Part shown: piece after piece, positions 19,833 through 29,256 of the stretch
How the letters are laid out: each line of letters begins with the position of its first letter
How positions within the stretch are numbered: position 1 is the first letter of the stretch
From: a bacterium
GTDB taxonomy: Bacteria > J088 > JAWLBW01
Assembly: GCA_041690355.1 (NCBI GenBank)
Contig: JAWLHK010000007.1
Coordinates: forward strand, 119,122-183,121
Reading direction: 5' to 3'
Length of the DNA stretch: 64,000 bases
Translations under genes and position numbers: made by a program
The notes under the pieces: generated by a model
What the model was told of the DNA's origin: nothing
What the model saw: the letters and a program-made list of their open reading frames with translations, nothing else
The model's database searches: none

Positions 19833-21119
19833 TCAGCTGCGCTGAACGATCATGCCGGCGCCGACGGTGAGGTGAGTCGCTTCGTCAATGATGAGAAAGC
19901 TGCCGGTGGCCCGGTTCTCGGCGTAGGGGTCGACGAAGAGCGGGGTCATCGTCTTGAGGGTGATGCGGGCGATGTCGTTCATGCCCACCGCGGCATCCCC
20001 GGCTACGGGCGTCAGGGTCTCGATGTTCACTTTGTGGACGACCGCGTTCACGATACCCCGGGTTTCGCGCGTCGTGTGGCGGATGGCGTACTTCCCGCCG
20101 ACCTGCAGCGGCTTCTCGCCGAGCCAGCAGACCATGGCGTCGAGTTCCCGGGTCACGGCGGGGGGCGTATCGACGGGCACGATCATATCCCCCCGGCTCA
20201 CATCGAGGTCGTCGGCCAGCGTCAGCGTAACCGACTGGCCGCCTTGCGCGAAGGGAAGCGAGTCGCCGAAGAGATCGACGGTGCGGATCGTCGTGCGCAG
20301 CCCGCTCGGGAGCACGACTACCGGCTGGCCCGGCGTGAACGTCCCCCCGGCCACCTGGCCGGCGAACCCCCGATAGTCAGGCCAGGCTTCGCTCTGCGGG
20401 CGGATCACGTACTGGACGGGAAAGCGGGCCGGGGCCGCAAGCGCGTCTTCACCGACGTCGACGGTCTCGAGGTGTTCGAGCAGCGACGGGCCGCCATACC
20501 AGGGCATTTGCCCCGAGGGCGCGACCACGTTGTCGCCGTGCAACGCGCTGATGGGAATCAGGGTCACTTCGCGAATCCCCAATCCGGCGGCGAGCTCGCG
20601 ATAGGCGTCGGCGATCTCGTGGAACACCTGCGCGTCGTAGCCGACGAGATCCATCTTGTTGACGCAGACGGCGATGTGGGGAATGCGCAGCAGCGAAGCG
20701 ATGTAGCTGTGGCGGCGCGTCTGCTCGACGATCCCCTTGCGGGCGTCGACGAGGATGATCGTGAGCTGCGCGGTCGAGGCGCCGGTCACCATGTTGCGCG
20801 TGTACTGCACGTGCCCCGGCGTGTCGGCGATGATGAATTTGCGCCGCGGCGTCGAGAAGTAGCGGTAGGCGACGTCGATCGTGATCCCCTGTTCGCGCTC
20901 GGCCTTGAGGCCGTCGGTGAGCAGGGCCAGGTTGACCTGTTCATGCCCGCGGCTGCGGCTGCTCTGTTCGATCGCCTCGAGCTGATCCTCGAAGATCGTC
21001 TTCGTATCGAACATCAGGCGGCCGATGAGCGTGCTCTTGCCGTCGTCGACGCTGCCGGCCGTGGCGAAGCGCAGCAGGCCGCGGTCGAGCGAGGGGGTAT
21101 TCAGTTCTGCCGTGCTCAT
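19833..21119 (-). CDS. cysN: Sulfate adenylyltransferase subunit 1
   Basis: GSVDDGKSTLIGRL, EREQGITIDVAYRYF, DTPGH and NKMD motifs; no fused APS kinase. Confidence 0.96.
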   Translation of the reverse strand: MSTAELNTPSLDRGLLRFATAGSVDDGKSTLIGRLMFDTKTIFEDQLEAIEQSSRSRGHEQVNLALLTDGLKAEREQGITIDVAYRYFSTPRRKFIIADTPGHVQYTRNMVTGASTAQLTIILVDARKGIVEQTRRHSYIASLLRIPHIAVCVNKMDLVGYDAQVFHEIADAYRELAAGLGIREVTLIPISALHGDNVVAPSGQMPWYGGPSLLEHLETVDVGEDALAAPARFPVQYVIRPQSEAWPDYRGFAGQVAGGTFTPGQPVVVLPSGLRTTIRTVDLFGDSLPFAQGGQSVTLTLADDLDVSRGDMIVPVDTPPAVTRELDAMVCWLGEKPLQVGGKYAIRHTTRETRGIVNAVVHKVNIETLTPVAGDAAVGMNDIARITLKTMTPLFVDPYAENRATGSFLIIDEATHLTVGAGMIVQRS

Positions 21120-21136
21120 GCTGTCGTCCTCGAGAC

Positions 21137-22072
21137 TCAGAAGTATCCGGCGCGTTTGCGCTCTTCCATGGCTGCCTCGGAACGCTTGTCGTCGGCGCGG
21201 GTACCCCGTTCGGTGTTGCGCGCGGCGGCCACTTCGCCAATGATCTGGTGAATGTCCGACGCGGTCGACTCGACGGCCCCCGTGCAGGTCATGTCGCCGA
21301 TCGTGCGGAAGCGCACCACGCGCTCCTCTACCGTTTCGTGGGGGAGCGGGGTGAGATACGGACATTCGGCAAGCCACGTTCCGCCCCGTTGAAAAACGCG
21401 GCGGCGGTGCGAGAAGTAGAGCGACGGAATCGGGATGTTCTCGCGGGCGATGTACTGCCAGATGTCCATCTCGGTCCAGTTCGACAGCGGAAACACGCGG
21501 AAGCTCTCGCCCGGATTGCGCCGCCCGTTGTACAGGCTCCACAACTCGGGGCGTTGATTCTTGGGGTCCCACTGCCCGAATTCGTCGCGGAAGGAGAAGA
21601 TGCGCTCCTTGGCCCGCGCCTTTTCTTCATCACGCCGGGCACCCCCGAAAGCGGCGTCGAAGCGGAACTCTTCGAGCGCGTCGAGCAGCGTTACGGTCTG
21701 GAGGGCGTTGCGGCTCGCATTGGGACCCTTCTCTTCTACGCAGCGCCCTTTGTCGATGCTCTCCTGCACGGTGCGCACGATGAGCCGGCAGCGAAGCCGC
21801 GCCGCGAGTTCGTCGCGGTAGGTCAGGGTCTCTTCAAAATTGTGGCCGGTGTCGATGTGAAGAAGCGGAAAAGGAATCCTGGCCGGCCAGAACGCCTTCT
21901 CGGCGAGACGGGCCATGACGATGGAATCCTTGCCGCCGCTGAACAGCAGCACCGGCCGTTCGAACTGCGCGGCGACCTCGCGCAGGATCGCAATCGACTC
22001 GGCTTCGAGACGGGCGAGGTGAACGGCGTCACGGTGGACGTCGGTCTGTTTCTGATATTCCTGCAAACGCAT
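21137..22072 (-). CDS. cysD: Sulfate adenylyltransferase subunit 2
   Basis: LFSGGKDS, GGARRDEEKARAKER, WDPKNQRPELW motifs. Start uncertain (22072-22096). Confidence 0.96.
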   Translation of the reverse strand: MRLQEYQKQTDVHRDAVHLARLEAESIAILREVAAQFERPVLLFSGGKDSIVMARLAEKAFWPARIPFPLLHIDTGHNFEETLTYRDELAARLRCRLIVRTVQESIDKGRCVEEKGPNASRNALQTVTLLDALEEFRFDAAFGGARRDEEKARAKERIFSFRDEFGQWDPKNQRPELWSLYNGRRNPGESFRVFPLSNWTEMDIWQYIARENIPIPSLYFSHRRRVFQRGGTWLAECPYLTPLPHETVEERVVRFRTIGDMTCTGAVESTASDIHQIIGEVAAARNTERGTRADDKRSEAAMEERKRAGYF

Positions 22073-22324
22073 GACGGCTCTCGGCATCAGGGTCATCCGG
22101 AGCGGTCGGAAGCATGGGCCCGCTTCTGCCGCTCTTTTCTGCAGCGTAGCAGGAAACCGCCCTTAACACAAGCACCCTTGTCGGAGTTGCAGCCCTAAAC
22201 ACGACTGATCTAGTGCAAATATCGAAAAGGAATCGAGAATTCCGGGGTGTGCTCGGGCGCGCCTCGAGGCATCCGCCGGGAAGGGGACCGTCTGACGATG
22301 GTTGGGGGCCGTAAGGCCGAAGGT

Positions 22325-23320
22325 TCAGGGGGCGTGGGGGTTCTGTCTGCGCTCGCGGAAGCGGGTCTCGAGCCCGAGCAGCGCAACCTGCGCTTCTTCA
22401 TGCCCGGGATCGAGACGCAGAACCGTCTGGTACTCGCGCACGGCGTCTTCGAGCCGCTCCTGCTCCTGGTAGAGCAGTCCCAGATTGAAGTGGCCGTTCG
22501 GGCTCTCGGGCTGGAGGCGCACGAACGCCTCGGCGGCCGCCGTCGCGCGTGCGAAGTTACCGAGTTCGCGGCTGATTGCGGCCAGCAGGAGCCAGGCGTG
22601 GGCGTGCGCCGGGTCGAGGCGTACGACTTCTTCGAGCTCGGCCGCGCAGCGCTCGGGCTGTTCGAGCCGGCCGTGCAGGTTGGCGAGCATCATGCGGGCC
22701 GAGGTGTTCTCGGGCTGCAGATCGACGGCCCGCTGCAGCAACTCGAGCGCCTTCTCGTTCTGCTGGCGCTGTGCATAGAGCCAGCCGAGGCTGTAGAGGG
22801 AATGGCCGTCGTCGGGATTCAGCGCGAGCGCCCGCTCGAAGGCGACCGCGGCTTCTTCGTACCGCTCGAGCTTCGAGAGAACGCCCCCGAGGTTGTACCA
22901 GGCGAGCGCATTCCCGGCGTCGAGCTCGGCCGCCCGCTGCAGCAGTGTGAGGGCCGCCTTCTGATTACCCTGACGGGCATACCAGACGCCGACGCGAAAG
23001 GCCATGCGTCCGTCGGTAGGGTTGTTGCTCAATTCAAGTTGATAGGCCTCCATGGCCTTGTCGAGATCCCCCAGATCTTCGTAGCAGGCCCCAAGCAGGG
23101 CGTGCACGCCGTTGACGTCGGGCGCGAGCCGCGCCGCCTGCTGCAACAGAGGGAGCGCCTCCGAATTCCGGCCGAGCGCGCCCAGGGCCGCCGCCTTGCC
23201 GGTCAGGGCCACGACGTTGTCGGGGTCGTCGCGCAGGGCCTGTTCAAAGTGGCCGAGCGCGTCGAGGGGACGCCCCGTGCGCATGGCCTCACGCGCCTGC
23301 TGCAGACGTTGATCGTTCAT
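22325..23320 (-). CDS. Tetratricopeptide repeat protein
   Basis: About nine consecutive 34-aa TPR units (AWYNLG...ALALNP); GAGGT RBS. Confidence 0.9.
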   Translation of the reverse strand: MNDQRLQQAREAMRTGRPLDALGHFEQALRDDPDNVVALTGKAAALGALGRNSEALPLLQQAARLAPDVNGVHALLGACYEDLGDLDKAMEAYQLELSNNPTDGRMAFRVGVWYARQGNQKAALTLLQRAAELDAGNALAWYNLGGVLSKLERYEEAAVAFERALALNPDDGHSLYSLGWLYAQRQQNEKALELLQRAVDLQPENTSARMMLANLHGRLEQPERCAAELEEVVRLDPAHAHAWLLLAAISRELGNFARATAAAEAFVRLQPESPNGHFNLGLLYQEQERLEDAVREYQTVLRLDPGHEEAQVALLGLETRFRERRQNPHAP

Positions 23321-23403
23321 CGCTACCTCGTGTTTGCCGTCGAACCGGATATTGTAACGAGTCTTCGCGCGGAATTCCGCTGGTTCCGACGGAACGAAAG
23401 CGC

Positions 23404-23432
23404 TTGAGCCCGGGGCGCTCTTTGGGTAGACT
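23404..23432 (+). promoter_or_regulatory. Putative sigma70 promoter of the two-gene outer-membrane operon
   Basis: TTGAGC-17 nt-TAGACT. Confidence 0.45.
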
Positions 23433-23460
23433 ATCGCCTGGTCTGATGACAGGAATCGCT

Positions 23461-25047
23461 ATGCGCACACTCGCCCTCTGGACCGCATTTTTGCTCGCTG
23501 CCGCCGCCGCCCCCGAGGCCCGGGCGGCCGATCCGTCGCCGCCCGCTCCCGTCGAAGGGGTCGTGCTGGCCGTGCAGGACGGCGAAATCATCGTCGATCT
23601 CGGCCGCGCCCAGGGGCTGCGCCTCGACAGCCCCCTGCAGCTGTACCGGCGCCTGGTGGTCAAGCACCCGCTGACCGGCAAGGAGCTGCAGGACCGTTTT
23701 CCCATCGGGACCGTGAAGCCGAGCGAGGTCGGCGACCGGCTCACCATCGTGCGCGGCGCCGGGGGGCTCTCACGCGCCCCCCAGCCCGGCGACTTCGTCG
23801 TCTATCGGCCCCCGGCGGCTCCTGACGCCGTGCGGCCTGCGCCGGTCGCCGCGCGCACGACGGCCCCCGACGCCGACGCGCTGGAAGGCATTCTGCGCCA
23901 GAACATGGGGAGCCCGCTCGACGCGCGCATTCAGCGGTTCGAGGGCTTTCTTCTGCGGTACCCCCGCAGTGCATTCGCCCCCGCCGTGGGGACCGAACTC
24001 GAGGCCCTGCGCCGCCTGACCGCGGGGGGGCAGCCGGCGGTTTCGCAGACACCTCAGGCCGACACGCTCGGCGTCTACTTCCGCAAGACCCGCGTGGGGG
24101 TTGCCGGGCAGCCCTTCGTCCCCTCCGTGGGACTGCGGCAGGCCGATCAGGTGCAGCACGTGCGCCTCAACGTGCGGCGGGCAGGCGATCCTGTGTACGA
24201 GAGTTTCGCCATGCACCGCAGCGGCGACGGCTACTTCTCGCGGGCCTTTCCCGCGGAATTTTCGGCTGCGGCGGGGGCCACGGATTACTTCGTCGACGCC
24301 GTTACGCTCGATGATGCCGTCATCCCGCTCGTGGCCGGCGCCGACGCCCCCATCCGCCTGCGCCTGCAGGAAGCCCCCGTGCGCACCCCGCAGACGACGG
24401 GGCGCACGCGGGCCGAGTTTCGCGCCGAGTTCGTGGATTTCAACACGGTCGGCGCGGCCGAAGACCAGTACTCTCAGTTCGAAGGCTCGGTGCGCTACGC
24501 GGTGCAGGCGGGCGACGTTCCCCTCTTCCGCTCCTTTCACGTCGGGGCCGGCTCCATCGACGGCCACGGTGGAAACACGGAAGAGATTGACGCCGGTGCT
24601 CCTTCGGAGCGAATCGCGCTGAGCTACGGGTTCGCCGAGGGCGAGGTCGAACTGGGTTCGTGGTTCGGCGTGGCCACCCGCGTGCTCGGCGGCAATCACC
24701 ATGCCACCGCCGACGGCACCGCGCGCAACGTGGGCGGAGTCGAGGGGCGGCTCCGCTTCGGCCGGTGGAACGGCACGCGGCTGATCGCCGGCGTCTCGGG
24801 AATCGTGGACCTGGGCACGCAGGCGTTCACGCAGATGCACATCGAGACCTTTCCCAGCGTACCCATCGTGACGGGTGTGACCGTTACCGATCTTCCGGTC
24901 GCGGGGAGCACGGGCGTGCGGCTCACCGCGCAGGCGGGGTGGCGCGCTGCCGACTGGCTGTCGCTCAATCTGCTGACCGGGTGGAACGCCCGCACGATCG
25001 ATCATCACGGTTACTCGCTCGGCGGCTCGCTGGGCATGGAGTGGTAA
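23461..25047 (+). CDS. Secreted/outer-membrane protein: FlgT-C-like domain, Ig-like domain, predicted beta-barrel
   Basis: Signal peptide; IIVDLGRAQGL...HPLTGKEL resembles the FlgT C-terminal domain; amphipathic strands ending in Trp. Confidence 0.7.
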   Translation: MRTLALWTAFLLAAAAAPEARAADPSPPAPVEGVVLAVQDGEIIVDLGRAQGLRLDSPLQLYRRLVVKHPLTGKELQDRFPIGTVKPSEVGDRLTIVRGAGGLSRAPQPGDFVVYRPPAAPDAVRPAPVAARTTAPDADALEGILRQNMGSPLDARIQRFEGFLLRYPRSAFAPAVGTELEALRRLTAGGQPAVSQTPQADTLGVYFRKTRVGVAGQPFVPSVGLRQADQVQHVRLNVRRAGDPVYESFAMHRSGDGYFSRAFPAEFSAAAGATDYFVDAVTLDDAVIPLVAGADAPIRLRLQEAPVRTPQTTGRTRAEFRAEFVDFNTVGAAEDQYSQFEGSVRYAVQAGDVPLFRSFHVGAGSIDGHGGNTEEIDAGAPSERIALSYGFAEGEVELGSWFGVATRVLGGNHHATADGTARNVGGVEGRLRFGRWNGTRLIAGVSGIVDLGTQAFTQMHIETFPSVPIVTGVTVTDLPVAGSTGVRLTAQAGWRAADWLSLNLLTGWNARTIDHHGYSLGGSLGMEW

Positions 25048-25049
25048 TC

Positions 25050-26219
25050 ATGCGCCGGACATTCACGCTCGCATCCCTGTTTGCCGCCGTCCTGTTTCCC
25101 CTCACCCCCGCCGCGGCCGAGACGCCGGCGCCCGCGACAGCTGCTGCTGCGGCCCAGGCGGGTATCGCTTCGCGCGTGCTGCACTGGCCGAAACTCTCGG
25201 CCCGCGCCGGCCGGCCCATTTCGCTGACCGCGCACGTCTCGGTCGACTGGAAGCTCGAGCAACTCGCGGTGGCCGCCCGCACGCGCGGCGCCGAGGCCTA
25301 CGAGACGTTCCCCTTTCGCCGGGTGCAGGGGAACGAATACGCCGCCGTCATTCCCGCCCACCTCGTTCAGCCGCCGGGGCTCGAATACGCCATCGTCTCT
25401 TCGGCGGTCGACGGCTCGGGGGGCACGCAGGCGCACTTCGCCTCCCGTGAAGCGCCGCACGCTGTCAACGTATACGGCTACAGCGATGACATGCGCGAGA
25501 CCGATCGGCTTGCCGTCTGGCGCAATCACCGCTCGACGGTGGCGCTGCGCGGCAGCTTTGCCTCCATGGGGAGCCGCCGCGAGAGGCGTACCACCCAGGA
25601 CCCGCTCTTTTATGCGTCAGACGAGCAGAGCGACCGCTTCTACCTGGCCGAAGCCTCGTATACATATCGGCCGCTGGCCTCGATTTATGACTTCGGCTTC
25701 GGGTTCGGCGTCATGCGCGGCGACCGCCCCGCGGTGGCGGGCACGCCCATCGCCTGGTCGGGAGATGCCGGGAGCCGTCCGGGCCTGAACTACGGCTGGA
25801 GCGACGTCAACGTCGAGCTGATTGAGTATCTGACGGTCGGGCCGCGCCTGCTGCTCGGCGCCAGCGACCGCGGATTCGTCGCAGGCGTCGGCGGGCGGGT
25901 CTTCATCGGCACGCCCGGGGGCACTCACTTCAAGATCGAAGGAGACGCCACGCAGGATATCGGCTACCGCACGACCTTTCTCTTCCACTGGACGACGCTG
26001 CCGCAGTTCCCCATGGGTCTGGGGCTCATGCTGACCAACTGGCCCTATGCCGAGGACATCAACGGCGGCAGCCGTCCACAGGCGGCCATCATGTTCTATG
26101 ACGTGGCCGTTCGCTTCGCCGAAAGCAATCTGGTCGGGGTGCGCATCGGGCGAACGAATCGATCGGAAAGCCTGAAACCCGGGATGCTGGTGGACCTGAC
26201 GTTGGCGCGGGAATTCTGA
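25050..26219 (+). CDS. Secreted/outer-membrane protein, paralog of the upstream gene
   Basis: Signal peptide; YAAVIP...GLEYAI Ig-like motif; barrel-like C-terminal half ending in Phe; starts 2 nt after the upstream stop. Confidence 0.7.
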   Translation: MRRTFTLASLFAAVLFPLTPAAAETPAPATAAAAAQAGIASRVLHWPKLSARAGRPISLTAHVSVDWKLEQLAVAARTRGAEAYETFPFRRVQGNEYAAVIPAHLVQPPGLEYAIVSSAVDGSGGTQAHFASREAPHAVNVYGYSDDMRETDRLAVWRNHRSTVALRGSFASMGSRRERRTTQDPLFYASDEQSDRFYLAEASYTYRPLASIYDFGFGFGVMRGDRPAVAGTPIAWSGDAGSRPGLNYGWSDVNVELIEYLTVGPRLLLGASDRGFVAGVGGRVFIGTPGGTHFKIEGDATQDIGYRTTFLFHWTTLPQFPMGLGLMLTNWPYAEDINGGSRPQAAIMFYDVAVRFAESNLVGVRIGRTNRSESLKPGMLVDLTLAREF

Positions 26220-26231
26220 TCAAGTCACAAG

Positions 26232-26357
26232 TGACGAATTCGGTCCCCCTCCCTCACGGATGCAGTTGCAGTAGCGTTCCCCCGATGGGGGCACTGCAAG
26301 TGGGCCTCGACAATTCGGGCTCTTGTTTGCTCGGTGCTCAGCGCTCGGCGCTTGGCG
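26232..26357. ncRNA. Candidate structured ncRNA, copy 1 of a tandem pair
   Basis: Near-identical to 26407-26536; nested stems TTGCAGT/ACTGCAA and CCCCC-gat-GGGGG; indels between copies break frame. Strand unknown. Confidence 0.45.
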
Positions 26358-26406
26358 TTTTGCCCGAGTGACGAGTTACGAATCGGACCAATTTACGATT
26401 GACGAT

Positions 26407-26536
26407 TGACGAATTCGGGCCCCCCTCCCTCACGGATGCATTTGCAGCAAGCGTTCCCCCGATGGGGGCACTGCGTAAGTGGGCCTCGACAATTCGGGCT
26501 CTTGTCTGCTCGGCGCTCAGCGCTTGGCGCTCGGCG
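26407..26536. ncRNA. Candidate structured ncRNA, copy 2 of a tandem pair
   Basis: Direct repeat of 26232-26357 at a 175-nt offset. Confidence 0.45.
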
Positions 26537-26655
26537 CTACGGCCCGGCCTTGTCAGGCGCGGCGGAGCCCGCTACCCTGTAACGGATTACCGTGGCCTAC
26601 CGCTTGGTAGGCAGGTGTTCCGTTTTCCTATTCGCTTTACCCTTCTGGAGGATTC

Positions 26656-27477
26656 ATGGCCAGCCTCAAAGGCAAGACCCTGTTCATCACCGGCGCCAGC
26701 CGCGGCATCGGACTCGCCATCGCCCTGCGCGCAGCGCGCGACGGCGCCAACGTGACCATCGCCGCCAAGACGACCGAACCCGATCCGCGCATTCCGGGCA
26801 CCATCTACACCGCCGCCGAAGAGGTCGACAAGGCAGGCGGGCGCGCGCTGGCCGTGGCCACCGACATCCGCTTCGAAGACCAGGTCGAGGCCGCGGTCAA
26901 GAAGACGGTCGACACTTTCGGGGGGATCGACATTCTCATCAACAACGCCAGCGCCATCAGCCTGACCGACACGCTCGCCACCTCGATGAAGCGCTACGAC
27001 CTGATGCACCAGATCAACCTGCGCGGAACGTTTCTGTGCTCGAAGATCGCCGTGCCGCACCTGAAGAAGGCCGAGAATCCGCACATTCTCACGCTCTCGC
27101 CGCCGCTCAACATGGATCCGAAGTGGTTCGGGCCGCACGTGGCCTACACGATCGCCAAGTACGGCATGAGCATGTGCGTCTTCGGCATGGCCGAAGAGTT
27201 TCGCACCGACGGCATCGGCGTGAACGCCCTCTGGCCGCGCACGACCATCGCGACGGCGGCGGTGAAGAACCTGCTCGGCGGCGACGAGATGGTCAACGCC
27301 TCGCGCACGCCGGAGATCATGGCGGATGCGGCCTATGCCATCCTCACGAAGCCGGCGAAGGAAACCACGGGCAACTTCTTCCTCGACGAAGACGTACTGC
27401 GCAAGGACGGCGTCACCGATTTCGACAAGTACGCCGTGAGCCCGGGCAGCTCGCTCATGCCCGACCTGTTTCTCTGA
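26656..27477 (+). CDS. SDR oxidoreductase (HSDL2-like)
   Basis: ITGASRGIG, INNASAI, YTIAK and NALWPRT motifs; GGAGG RBS. Confidence 0.92.
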   Translation: MASLKGKTLFITGASRGIGLAIALRAARDGANVTIAAKTTEPDPRIPGTIYTAAEEVDKAGGRALAVATDIRFEDQVEAAVKKTVDTFGGIDILINNASAISLTDTLATSMKRYDLMHQINLRGTFLCSKIAVPHLKKAENPHILTLSPPLNMDPKWFGPHVAYTIAKYGMSMCVFGMAEEFRTDGIGVNALWPRTTIATAAVKNLLGGDEMVNASRTPEIMADAAYAILTKPAKETTGNFFLDEDVLRKDGVTDFDKYAVSPGSSLMPDLFL

Positions 27478-27495
27478 GCGGAAATCGATTCCACG

Positions 27496-27535
27496 AAAAA
27501 ACCGGCAGGCGCGCCCGCGTCTGCCGGTTTTTTTT
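27496..27535 (+). terminator. Intrinsic (bidirectional-type) terminator
   Basis: A-run, ACCGGCAG...CTGCCGGT stem, T-run. Confidence 0.8.
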
Positions 27536-27658
27536 GTGCGCTCTACACACGCAAGGCGTACAAAGCGAAATGTACAAAGGGTATGGAGGTTTCGTTCGCG
27601 ATCAACCCATCGGCGCGTGCGGCCGGGCAGTCGGGGGTGAATCTTTCACGCGGCATGG

Positions 27659-27691
27659 AAACTTTAATCATCCTGTCAATGATTAAAGTTT
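27659..27691. promoter_or_regulatory. AT-rich perfect inverted repeat (13-7-13); protein-binding or recombination-site candidate
   Basis: AAACTTTAATCAT-cctgtca-ATGATTAAAGTTT. Confidence 0.5.
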
Positions 27692-27797
27692 TGGGTCTTT
27701 TCTTTTCATCTACTCTTTCGGTTATCCGCGCGGTAACTTGCGTGGTTGAATCGCCCTTGTCTCCATCCCCCACTCCGCCAGGGTATCGAGAGAACCC

Positions 27798-28553
27798 TTA
27801 CTCGATCACAATCTCCACCGGACAATGATCCGACCCCATCACGTCACAGTGGATCGCGGCGCTCTGCAGGCGCGGGCGCAGGGAGGCCGACATGCAGAAG
27901 TAGTCGATGCGCCACCCGATGTTCCGGGCGCGCGCGTTGTTCATGTAGCTCCACCACGTGTAGTGGCCGGTCTGCCCCGGGTGCAGCTCGCGGAAGCAGT
28001 CGACGAACCCCGCTTCGACGACCTGCGTGAAGCAGGCCCGCTCTTCGGGCGTGAACCCGGCGTTCTTCTGGTTCGTCTTCGGGTTCGCCAGGTCGATCTC
28101 CGTGTGCGCGACGTTCAGGTCGCCGCAGAAGATGACCGGCTTCGTCCGCTCGAGATCCCGCAGATACGCCAGAAAGGCGCGCTCCCACTCCTGCGTCCGA
28201 TAGGGCAGCCGCGCCAGGTCGCGCTGCGCGTTCGGCGTATAGACGTTCACGAGATAGAAGTCTCCGAAATCGGCCGTCTGCACGCGCCCTTCGGTGTCGG
28301 CAAGAAATTCTCCGAGCCCGGTCGTGACCGCGCGCGGTTCCACTTTCGTGAACAGCGCCGTCCCCGAATATCCCTTCTTCTCGGCCGGGTTCCAATGCGC
28401 GTGATAGCCCTCGAGTTCGAGTTCCACCTGGTGGGGATGAGCCTTCACTTCCTGCAGGCAGAGGACGTCGGGGCGGTGGGCCGCGAAGAAGTCGTGGAAA
28501 CCCTTGCCGAGGATGGATCGAATGCCGTTCACGTTCCAGGAGATCAGTTTCAT
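27798..28553 (-). CDS. xth: Exodeoxyribonuclease III
   Basis: [35 protein letters not shown] and SDHCP motifs. Confidence 0.96.
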   Translation of the reverse strand: MKLISWNVNGIRSILGKGFHDFFAAHRPDVLCLQEVKAHPHQVELELEGYHAHWNPAEKKGYSGTALFTKVEPRAVTTGLGEFLADTEGRVQTADFGDFYLVNVYTPNAQRDLARLPYRTQEWERAFLAYLRDLERTKPVIFCGDLNVAHTEIDLANPKTNQKNAGFTPEERACFTQVVEAGFVDCFRELHPGQTGHYTWWSYMNNARARNIGWRIDYFCMSASLRPRLQSAAIHCDVMGSDHCPVEIVIE

Positions 28554-28684
28554 GCCGTTCACACCTTGCAAAAGGAAACAGGGTAGCAGCCTCGCGCCCG
28601 TGCTTCAGCTCCGAAGGCAGCGAAAGGACCGGTCGCGCCGATTTTTCAGTCGTGCAACCGGGGCGGATCGGGTATTCTGAGAGG

Positions 28685-29248
28685 ATGGTAGCCAGCAAAC
28701 TGACGACTTTCGCCCAGCCTTCGGATGCGTACCGCGAACTCGCATCCCTCTCGAACGCAGCCCTCGAAGAAAAATTCCGCGCCGGCGTCGCGCCGAGCGC
28801 CGCCGACCTGACCGGTTTCGAGTTCCGCGGCTTCAACACGCCGTTCTTCGCCCGCCTGCTCGGCATTCAGAAATTCATCAAGGGGTTCTTTCTCGACGGC
28901 GAGTCGGTGCAGGGCTACAACATTCCCGTGAAGCAGAACGGCATGGACGGCCCATGGCTGCACAAGCCGAGCGCCGACAAGCCGAAGCGCTTCGGTTTCT
29001 ACGACGTCTACGCGGTGCGCAAAGAAGAGCGCGACAATCTCTACCCGAATGCGCTGCTGCTCAACTACGGCGCGAGCACGCGCAATCCGTTCTACCGCGT
29101 CGAACGGGTGCTGCGCGATTACGTCGTGCAGCCCGACCCCGAAAACCCGAACCTGCTCATCGGGAAGGCCTACCTCGCCCTCGGCCCGATTCGGATCCCG
29201 TCGAACTTCTTCATTCTCGAACGGCTGCGGGCGGCCCCGCCGGTCTGA
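28685..29248 (+). CDS. Hypothetical protein
   Basis: Host-like codon bias, globular composition, ends 8 nt before rsgA. Confidence 0.75.
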   Translation: MVASKLTTFAQPSDAYRELASLSNAALEEKFRAGVAPSAADLTGFEFRGFNTPFFARLLGIQKFIKGFFLDGESVQGYNIPVKQNGMDGPWLHKPSADKPKRFGFYDVYAVRKEERDNLYPNALLLNYGASTRNPFYRVERVLRDYVVQPDPENPNLLIGKAYLALGPIRIPSNFFILERLRAAPPV

Positions 29249-29256
29249 ATCTGCCT

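Noticed and set aside
22097-22200. SAM riboswitch upstream of cysD
   Set aside because: A hairpin (GAGCGG...CCGCTC) exists, but the SAM-I/IV core elements (AUC-AGAG, GCAACC, GUGC) are not in place.
26232-26536. CRISPR array, known riboswitch or HDV-like ribozyme
   Set aside because: Only two long units, no repeat-spacer periodicity and no cas genes. No match to riboswitch cores I know; an HDV-like fold fails because no P1 partner exists upstream.
27659-27691. Canonical dif or parS site
   Set aside because: Spacer is 7 nt rather than 6, the arms do not match the XerD consensus TTATGTTAAAT, and it is not TGTTTCACGTGAAACA. Kept only as an unexplained palindrome.
27543-27828. ORFs 27543-27773 (-) and 27583-27828 (+)
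   Set aside because: Atypical codon usage, no recognisable motif, mutually overlapping; not supported as genes.
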